Source: an uncultured Thermoplasmatales archaeon (lineage in GTDB: Archaea; Thermoplasmatota; E2; DHVEG-1). From it: 45,871 nucleotides of DNA. Numbering within the stretch: the stretch's first letter is position 1; each line of letters begins with the position of its first letter. The position numbers were made by a program, and so were the translations under genes. Where the stretch lies: positions 1 to 45,871 of the forward strand of contig CAYMOC010000004.1 in NCBI GenBank assembly GCA_964391965.1. The letters are read 5' to 3'. The notes under the pieces were generated by a model. The model was not told where the DNA came from. It did not search any database and worked only from the letters and a program-made list of their open reading frames with translations. This document shows, piece by piece, positions 39,263-45,871 of the stretch.

Positions 39263-40900
39263 ATGAAATCAGATATTGAAATAGCTAAATCCACTAAATT
39301 AGGAAACATTTATGATATTGCATCAAGGGCAGGAATAGAACAAGAATATATGATTCCAACAGGCGATTTTAAATCAAAAATCTCTCCAAAAATTTTTGAA
39401 AAAATAAACAAAAACAAAAACGGTAAATTAATCCTTGTAACAACAATTAATCCCACACCTGAAGGCGAAGGAAAAACCACTTTAACAATTGGATTGGGGC
39501 AGGCTTTATCTAAACTTGGTAAAAAAACTATTGTTGCAATACGTGAACCATCTCTTGGACCAACAATGGGTGTTAAGGGTGGTGGAGCTGGTGGAGGATA
39601 CTCACAAGTTTTACCTATGGAGGATATAAATCTTCATTTCAATGGTGACATGCACGCTATAACCAGTGCTCATAATTTACTAGCAAGTTTACTAGATAAC
39701 CATATCCATCATGGAGATTATTTTCATATAGACCAAAGATACATAGTATGGCCAAGAGTGATGGATATAAGTGATAGATCGCTTAGAAACATAGTTGTAG
39801 GACTTGGTGGACCAAAAGACGGAGTTCCACATTCTGATCATTTCGCAATTACACCAGCTTCAGAAATTATGGCTATTCTATGTCTTTCCAAAGATTTAGA
39901 AGATCTCAAAGAAAGATTAAGCAAAATAATTGTTGCTTATACTTATGATGATAAACCTATTAAAGCAAAGGATTTGAAAGCAGTTGGAGCTATGGCTACA
40001 CTTTTAAAAGATGCGATTAAACCAAATTTTGTACAAACTGTTGAAGGAGTCCCCGCTTTTGTACATGGAGGTCCTTTTGCAAATATTGCTCATGGGACAA
40101 ATAGTTTGATTTCTACAAAAATGGGTTTAAAACTTGCTGATTATCTCATAACAGAGGCGGGTTTTGGCTCTGAACTCGGTGCAGAAAAATTTTTTAACAT
40201 AGTATGTAGAACTGGCGGTCTTAAACCTGATGCAGTTGTGATGCTTGTAAGTATTCGTGCTCTTAAAAGACATGGATCGGGTGATGTAAAAAAAGGCCTT
40301 GTTAACCTAGAAAAACATTTAGAAAACATAGAAACACATAACGTTCCTGTTATTGTTGCATTGAACCATTTCAAGGATGATAAAGACAGAGAAATTGAAA
40401 TAGTCGAAAAATATTGCCGCAGTAGAAATACACCTGTCGCAGTTGCAGATGTTTATAGTGAAGGTGGAGAAGGCGGTATTGAACTTGCTGGAAAACTTGT
40501 TAACCTTATTCATAACGAAAAATCAGATTTTAGATTTCTTTATGAACTAGATTTATCTGTTAAACAAAAAATTGATGTTATTGCAAAAAAAATGTATGGA
40601 GCAGATAGAGTTGTTTATACAGTTAATGCTGAAAATGATTTGAAACTATGCGAAAAACAAGATTTGGATAAACTTCCTATCTGTGTTGCTAAAACCCAGT
40701 ATTCTTTATCAGATGATTCCTCCTTGCTGGGAAGACCTAAAAATTTTAAGATAACCGTTAGAGAAATACGTTTTTCAGCAGGAGCAGGGTTTTTGGTTCC
40801 GATGACCGGTAAAATTACTACGATGCCCGGGCTTCCTGAAAGACCCATCTCAGAAAAAATAGATATTGACAAAAACGGGAATATAAAAGGATTATTCTAA
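39263..40900 (+). CDS. fhs: Formate--tetrahydrofolate ligase
   Basis: PTPEGEGKTT, REPSLGP, HGGPFANIAHG, TEAGFG, AKTQYS, TMPGLP. Confidence 0.97.
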   Translation: MKSDIEIAKSTKLGNIYDIASRAGIEQEYMIPTGDFKSKISPKIFEKINKNKNGKLILVTTINPTPEGEGKTTLTIGLGQALSKLGKKTIVAIREPSLGPTMGVKGGGAGGGYSQVLPMEDINLHFNGDMHAITSAHNLLASLLDNHIHHGDYFHIDQRYIVWPRVMDISDRSLRNIVVGLGGPKDGVPHSDHFAITPASEIMAILCLSKDLEDLKERLSKIIVAYTYDDKPIKAKDLKAVGAMATLLKDAIKPNFVQTVEGVPAFVHGGPFANIAHGTNSLISTKMGLKLADYLITEAGFGSELGAEKFFNIVCRTGGLKPDAVVMLVSIRALKRHGSGDVKKGLVNLEKHLENIETHNVPVIVALNHFKDDKDREIEIVEKYCRSRNTPVAVADVYSEGGEGGIELAGKLVNLIHNEKSDFRFLYELDLSVKQKIDVIAKKMYGADRVVYTVNAENDLKLCEKQDLDKLPICVAKTQYSLSDDSSLLGRPKNFKITVREIRFSAGAGFLVPMTGKITTMPGLPERPISEKIDIDKNGNIKGLF

Positions 40901-41204
40901 AAAAGTTCATCAAGGTTAAAGTAATATAGTTTGGAAAAAAATAATCATCTATATCAAGCCTCTCTCTTTTAGATGACTAATATATATTATGTTTTCAAAG
41001 TTATATAAGGGCTTCGTAATGGATTATAACAGGAAAAAATTAGATGTTAATTATTCTAACATTTTGTTACTATTGAAACAAAATTTTAAATTTTCGTTAT
41101 AATTATAAAAAAAATAAAATTATAATTTTATCAAACGGAAAAATACGCATAAATTGATATAGGAATTAACACATTCAATTTTTCCGGGAGGATTATAATA
41201 AATT

Positions 41205-42509
41205 ATGGTAGAAGATCTCAACGAACATATAGATGACATATTAGATTTTTTAAATAAAAACACTGATAAAAAAATACAAAAAAATCAGATAGAAGAGGAA
41301 ATAAAAAAATTCATGGACTACGGCGTACCAATAGATCAAGCAAAACAAACAATAATAAAAAAATATGGATCAGAAACAGACATAAGTAGCTTCCAGGGAT
41401 CAAACGAACGTAGACTAATAAGCGATATAGACTCAAACATGAAAAGCGTAAAACTCAAAGGACATGTCATTGCAATAAATCCAAAAGAGGTAACCGTAAA
41501 AGGTGAAAAAAAACAGATACATTACGGGATACTTGGAGATGAAAGTGGAACAATACAATTCACATCATGGAAAGATATAGATGTAAAACAAGGAGATGTA
41601 ATAGAAATATCAAATGCTTACACACGTGAATGGCGTGGAGAACCACAGCTAAATTTTGGAGACAGAATTAGCATTAAAAAAGCAGATAAAGATAGCCTGC
41701 CTGAAAGCGCTTTCAAACCTAAAGAATGCAAAGTAGACGAATTAAAATCAGGTATCGGAAAAGTTGAAGTAACAGCTAAAATAGTTGAATTAAACGAAAA
41801 AGAAATAGAAGTAGAAAATGAGAAAAAAAAGATATTCTCAGGAATACTTGCTGATGAAACCGGTAAATCACAGTTTACTAGCTGGCATGATTTCAACCTC
41901 AAAAAAGATGATGTTCTAAACATCAAAGGAGGCTATGTTAAAAGTTGGAGAGGACTACCTCAACTCACCTTTGATCAGAACGCTGAAGTAAAAAAACTAA
42001 AAAAAGACAAGATAACAGAGAAGAATATTAATACAAAACATTTACCTCTTTTTTCACTAGTTGAAAAAGGCGGAGCGTTAGATGTAGAAGTTGAAGGCAA
42101 AATAATTGATATTCAATCAGGTTCAGGATTTATAAAACGATGCCCAGAATGCAATCGTGTACTAAGAGACAATGAATGTAACATCCATGGAAATGTAGAA
42201 GGAATACCCGATCTACGGCTTAAATTAGTTGTAGATGATGGAACAGGAGCAGTAAACACTATCTTAAATCGTAAAATATCTGAAGAAATACTCGGTAAAA
42301 CACTTGATGAATGTAAAAACATTGACGAAGAAGAACTAAACGATGAAATTCACAAGAAACTTTTCGCGAAACAAATAAAAATGAAAGGCAATGGTTTAAG
42401 CGATACCTATGGAACAAGATTTCTACCTGAAAAAATAGAATTCATAGATATAGATTTGGAAGACGAAGCTGAAAAAATACTTGATTCTTTGGAGGAAATA
42501 AATTTATGA
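41205..42509 (+). CDS. rpa: Replication protein A (multi-OB fold with zinc finger)
   Basis: Repeated GIL.DE.G...FTSW OB folds; CPECNR...CNIHG; VDDGTG. Confidence 0.9.
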   Translation: MVEDLNEHIDDILDFLNKNTDKKIQKNQIEEEIKKFMDYGVPIDQAKQTIIKKYGSETDISSFQGSNERRLISDIDSNMKSVKLKGHVIAINPKEVTVKGEKKQIHYGILGDESGTIQFTSWKDIDVKQGDVIEISNAYTREWRGEPQLNFGDRISIKKADKDSLPESAFKPKECKVDELKSGIGKVEVTAKIVELNEKEIEVENEKKKIFSGILADETGKSQFTSWHDFNLKKDDVLNIKGGYVKSWRGLPQLTFDQNAEVKKLKKDKITEKNINTKHLPLFSLVEKGGALDVEVEGKIIDIQSGSGFIKRCPECNRVLRDNECNIHGNVEGIPDLRLKLVVDDGTGAVNTILNRKISEEILGKTLDECKNIDEEELNDEIHKKLFAKQIKMKGNGLSDTYGTRFLPEKIEFIDIDLEDEAEKILDSLEEINL

Positions 42510-43432
42510 AACGAGAACCAGCATGGCGTGTTTTCGCAGGAGAGTTTAATGATTCAACATTTGAAATCAAAGGCGAAGGAGAAATGGCTCCATCCTATAT
42601 TGTTACACCACTTGGAGCAAAAATAAACAGACTTTTTGTTATAGGTGTTTTAACAGATGTAGAAAACATTTCAGAACAAGGAGACATGATAAGAGCTCAT
42701 ATATCTGATCCAACAGGTGTTTTCACAATATACTCTGGTGAATATCAACAAGAAGCAACTGATGCACTTCAAAATATAGAGGTACCAGCTTTTGTAGCAA
42801 TAGTTGGAAAAACAAATGCATATACTCCAGAAGATGGAAACATGTTTGTATCGATACGTCCTGAAAAAGTATTAGAAGTAAACTCCATGACAAGAGATCA
42901 ATGGATACTTGAAACATGTAAAATCACAAAAAACCGTATCGAAGCAGTTCTTGAAGCAATGAAAATGTCAGATCATAGTGTTAATGCATTAAAAAAACTT
43001 GGTTATAGTAAAGATTTATCCGAGGGGATAATAGAAGCATTAAAAATCTATGGAGAAGTAGATCTTGAAAAATATGTAGCACTAATACAGGAATCATTAC
43101 AGTTTCTAAAACCAGAAGAAAGCACACCAGAGAAAAAAGAAAAAACAAAAGAAACAGCTAAACCACCAACTAAGGAAAAAAAACCAGAAGAAAAAATAGA
43201 AAAAGAAACAACACCAGATAAGGAATCTGATAAAGATTTTGAAGAAATAGAAAAAAAGGTTTTTGAAAACATAAAATCTTTAGAAGGAGAAGAAGGTGCC
43301 TCCTGGGATTCAATAACAGAAAAATGTACAAATGAAGGTATAACTCAGGACTCTATAGAAGAAGCTTTGAATTCTCTGATGGACAAAGGACTAATTTATG
43401 AACCAATACTTGGAACTATAAAAACAACATAA
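42506..43432 (+). CDS. RPA-associated protein (RPA32-like OB fold plus winged helix)
   Basis: REPAWRVFAGEF, TPLGAKINRLF, DPTGVF, C-terminal GLIYEP; ATGA overlap with rpa. Confidence 0.88.
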   Translation: MKREPAWRVFAGEFNDSTFEIKGEGEMAPSYIVTPLGAKINRLFVIGVLTDVENISEQGDMIRAHISDPTGVFTIYSGEYQQEATDALQNIEVPAFVAIVGKTNAYTPEDGNMFVSIRPEKVLEVNSMTRDQWILETCKITKNRIEAVLEAMKMSDHSVNALKKLGYSKDLSEGIIEALKIYGEVDLEKYVALIQESLQFLKPEESTPEKKEKTKETAKPPTKEKKPEEKIEKETTPDKESDKDFEEIEKKVFENIKSLEGEEGASWDSITEKCTNEGITQDSIEEALNSLMDKGLIYEPILGTIKTT

Positions 43433-43606
43433 AAATCTTTTATTTCCCAAAAAATACCGCTTTATTTCAAACATTTGTTACATTAAAACCCTTTTTTGTT
43501 ATATTTTCACATTGTTATTTTTACAATAACCTGTTTTTTACAGGTATGATTTAAATATAAAAAAATAAAAAAACTACCTACGGAAAAAAGAACCTTGGTG
43601 AGGATT

Positions 43607-43882
43607 ATGTTAAAAGAGAAGGGAATAGATAAAAATTATCCATCATTATATGATGCTTTCGAACTTGGAGACCGAGTAAAGAGAGTATACATAGATAAAA
43701 ACGGTGAATCCAAAGAATACAAAGGTATAATCTTAGCAATTTATGATAATGGAATGGAAGTATATTGGGATACCGAAAACGGAAAATACAGACCAAAAAA
43801 CATGGATATAGCTTTTACAAACTGCAGTGTTGACGAAATTTTTAAAGGAGACGAAAATCATTCTCCAATAAAAAGAGAATAA
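43607..43882 (+). CDS. Hypothetical protein (SH3/KOW-like beta-rich)
   Basis: SD GGTGAGGA before ATG; FELGDRVKR...YKGIILAI...EVYWD. Confidence 0.7.
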   Translation: MLKEKGIDKNYPSLYDAFELGDRVKRVYIDKNGESKEYKGIILAIYDNGMEVYWDTENGKYRPKNMDIAFTNCSVDEIFKGDENHSPIKRE

Positions 43883-43944
43883 AAAAAAAATCATTTTTTT
43901 TCATTGGCTATCACAAATTTGATTTTTGGACTCTTATTTCTTCA

Positions 43945-44322
43945 TTAGGCCAATTTTGATTCCAGACTGCTATCTTTGGTCAACAATTTGGAATCAAACA
44001 CCATCTCTTTATCAGCGTATAAAGTAACGCGATAATCACAGTTTCCATTTTTTCCAAGAACCAAACGGACGCACCTCGTACCTTTGAGGGTAACATTTTT
44101 TGCAATCCAGCCATTGGAATATGACAGATTGTGGTCGGGATACGCCTTTTCGATTCCTTTGCGCTTATTTCTATCGCATTGCTTACCAGAATTGCATGTA
44201 GGGGTAATTTTGAATACCCCGAGTTTAACTTCAACACCCTTGGGACAAACGATGATGTAGCCATTGTTTCCAGTTATTTCTAGAAGTGCGGTGCTGTTGT
44301 AGAGAGGTTGTGAGAGAGCCAT
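43945..44322 (-). CDS. Hypothetical protein (putative viral)
   Basis: 125-aa ORF preceded by GAAATTGATTTTTTTT. Confidence 0.6.
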   Translation of the reverse strand: MALSQPLYNSTALLEITGNNGYIIVCPKGVEVKLGVFKITPTCNSGKQCDRNKRKGIEKAYPDHNLSYSNGWIAKNVTLKGTRCVRLVLGKNGNCDYRVTLYADKEMVFDSKLLTKDSSLESKLA

Positions 44323-44387
44323 TTATGAGGCTAAAAAAAATCAATTTCTATCGTCAATGGCATAAGCTATATTGTTTACGTTTCAGT

Positions 44388-44660
44388 TCAGTCAGTAGCA
44401 ATGCGAATAGACGCAGCAGAGTTTATCATGTTGGTCGCATTTTGCTTAATATATTTCTTGGCTTCAAGTTCAAAAGGAAAGCCAGAAGACGCCTCATCAT
44501 TGTTGTTACTGAAATTCACGCCCCAGTCTATTACGGGATTAGCATAATTACCGTAATCATAGATCACGGTGCATTGTTGGACACCATTAACGTGGAGCAC
44601 AAACTTGATATAACCGCTGCCTTTTTCAACGTTACTATGGCCAAACTCGTGGCTACTCAT
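44388..44660 (-). CDS. Hypothetical protein (putative viral)
   Basis: 90-aa ORF preceded by AAAATTGATTTTTTTT. Confidence 0.65.
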   Translation of the reverse strand: MSSHEFGHSNVEKGSGYIKFVLHVNGVQQCTVIYDYGNYANPVIDWGVNFSNNNDEASSGFPFELEAKKYIKQNATNMINSAASIRIATD

Positions 44661-44674
44661 TTTTTTTGTTTTGG

Positions 44675-44690
44675 AAAAAAAATCAATTTT
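44675..44690 (-). promoter_or_regulatory. AAAATTGA giant-virus early-promoter-like motif
   Basis: Exact AAAATTGA at 44683-44690 (minus strand), 22 nt before the ATG; near copy at 44341-44348 before the next ORF. Confidence 0.55.
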
Positions 44691-44715
44691 TCACAAAATG
44701 GCTAATAAAGTAATA

Positions 44716-45009
44716 TTATCCGCGCCCAATATTCCATATAACGTTGCGGCAATTCACGTATATCAATATACGTTGCGGATTATATCCCAGCGGGCGTCGG
44801 CATCCAGCACCGATGATATAATATGGACGCGGCAAAGATTCTTCTGGCACAAAACGCATAGGGCTAAATGTTCCAGCGCTGGCGGTGCCCGCAGGAAGCA
44901 AAGTTTTTCCTATTAAATATAACGGCAGTCTCCGCGCACCCCGTATAATTATTATTTGGGGATTGTGGAGATAACACGGAAATTTTGCGCGTGGATAATA
45001 GAAACGCAT
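44716..45009 (-). CDS. Possible peptidase-inhibitor I78-like protein
   Basis: LIGKTL...LPRPYYII.AG....GYNPQRILIYVN...IWNIGRG resembles the I78 pattern; start uncertain. Confidence 0.4.
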   Translation of the reverse strand: MRFYYPRAKFPCYLHNPQIIIIRGARRLPLYLIGKTLLPAGTASAGTFSPMRFVPEESLPRPYYIIGAGCRRPLGYNPQRILIYVNCRNVIWNIGRG

Positions 45010-45112
45010 ATTTCTACCGCCGTATATCTTGTTTGCTATATTAAATAGAATTATTTACCAAAAATATAATATAATCACTGCAGCGGAAATATATCACATA
45101 ATATATAATATA

Positions 45113-45871
45113 ATGCCCACTTTGCTAGAAACTGGAAATTTGGAGGCTACTGGATATGGACCAGAACAATCGGAGCTCGATAGTCATCAACCGCTTCAAT
45201 ATATTATGCGATGGTTTTCGGATCGCATAAATTTGGGCTCAGGTATGACGCCAGCGGATCGCATACTTATTTTGGAATCCAGCACTGGATCGGGAAAAAG
45301 CACAATTTTACCACCAGAATCATATCACCGCTTTTTTGCGGCGGATGAGCGCAACATATGCTGCACACAACCCCGCGTGCTTACCGCAATTGAAATCCCC
45401 AAAACCATATTAGAGTTTCATACACAAGAAGCTCTCGCAAAAGCAGGACAAAGCGATCGTAAACCGCTACGTATGGGGTTTAATATAGGGTTTCAAACTA
45501 AAGCGCTATCCAAAAGACCCGTGCGTGGAATTATTTACATGACCATTGGGGTTTTAGTGCAGCAAATGAATATTATGACTGATGAGGAGTTTATGTCCCG
45601 CTATAGTTTTATATTTCTTGATGAGGCGCATGAACGCAGTTTGGGTAGTGATATAGCCATGTATATGCTTAAGGCATTTATAGCGCGGCATTATAAAAAT
45701 CAGCGCTGTCCTTTTATAGTGATAATGAGCGCAACATTTGATACCCGCAAATTTTGTAATTATTTTCTTAGCGATACCCCTAAGCCGCAGCGATATAAAA
45801 ATATAATAAAAGTGCGGGGCAGCACTTTCACTATTGAAGAGCATTTCCGAGAAAACGATGCTGATAATTTT
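45113..45871 (+). CDS. DEAH-box (HrpA-like) RNA helicase, ASFV B962L-like (partial, runs off the window)
   Basis: Manual translation: MPTLLETGNL...ADRILILESSTGSGKSTILP...CCTQPRVLTA...GFQTK...RGIIYMTIGVL...MTDEEFMSRYSFIFLDEAHERSLG...PFIVIMSATFD; open for 253 codons to the end. Confidence 0.9.
   Translation, partial: MPTLLETGNLEATGYGPEQSELDSHQPLQYIMRWFSDRINLGSGMTPADRILILESSTGSGKSTILPPESYHRFFAADERNICCTQPRVLTAIEIPKTILEFHTQEALAKAGQSDRKPLRMGFNIGFQTKALSKRPVRGIIYMTIGVLVQQMNIMTDEEFMSRYSFIFLDEAHERSLGSDIAMYMLKAFIARHYKNQRCPFIVIMSATFDTRKFCNYFLSDTPKPQRYKNIIKVRGSTFTIEEHFRENDADNF

Larger units (their letters stand above)
43945..45871. other. Segment of NCLDV (asfarvirus-like) origin
   Basis: Visibly higher GC and CG content, no archaeal SD motifs, AAAATTGA-type upstream motifs, B962L-like helicase. 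Confidence 0.75.

Noticed and set aside
40901..41204. Several short palindromes upstream of rpa, including CGGAAAAAT...ATTTTTCCG, as an origin or ncRNA
   Set aside because: The region is very AT-rich so short inverted repeats are expected; no ORB-like repeats or cdc6 nearby.
658..43796. Numerous 60-180 aa antisense or alternate-frame ORFs in the track (for example 11520-11966, 24562-25101, 36624-37160)
   Set aside because: They are shadows of well-supported genes, with F/S/I-rich composition and no motifs.
45554..45844. 96-aa minus-strand ORF in the track
   Set aside because: It is antisense to the clear DEAH helicase frame.
43945..45871. Integrated archaeal provirus
   Set aside because: No integrase, att site or archaeal-virus gene; the hallmarks point to a eukaryotic NCLDV.

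Overview
Bases 1 to about 43,900 are low-GC archaeal chromosome. The gene set (archaeal GlyRS, RLI/ABCE1, RPA plus RPA-associated protein, many secreted PKD proteins) suggests a Thermoplasmatota sediment lineage such as DHVEG-1/MBG-D; this assignment is an inference. This part carries (i) a 14-gene minus-strand oxidative-stress/iron operon headed by a PerR/Fur regulator with a palindromic operator, with an orphan MbhL-like group 4 [NiFe]-hydrogenase large subunit embedded in it; (ii) lysine catabolism genes (lat plus separate LKR and SDH); (iii) hutI, FTCD and fhs; (iv) a Cas4-like nuclease split into two membrane-anchored halves, with no CRISPR array; (v) three intergenic fold-back elements (218-403, 19945-20112, and 34245-34429 around a 41-codon ORF missing from the track). 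The last ~2 kb (about 43,945 to the end) differ in character. They encode an ASFV B962L-like DEAH RNA helicase that runs off the end and is absent from the ORF track, a possible I78 protease inhibitor and two orphan ORFs with AAAATTGA-type promoters. This looks like asfarvirus-like giant-virus DNA, most likely an assembly or binning chimera. All family assignments come from motif recognition by eye; no searches were run.
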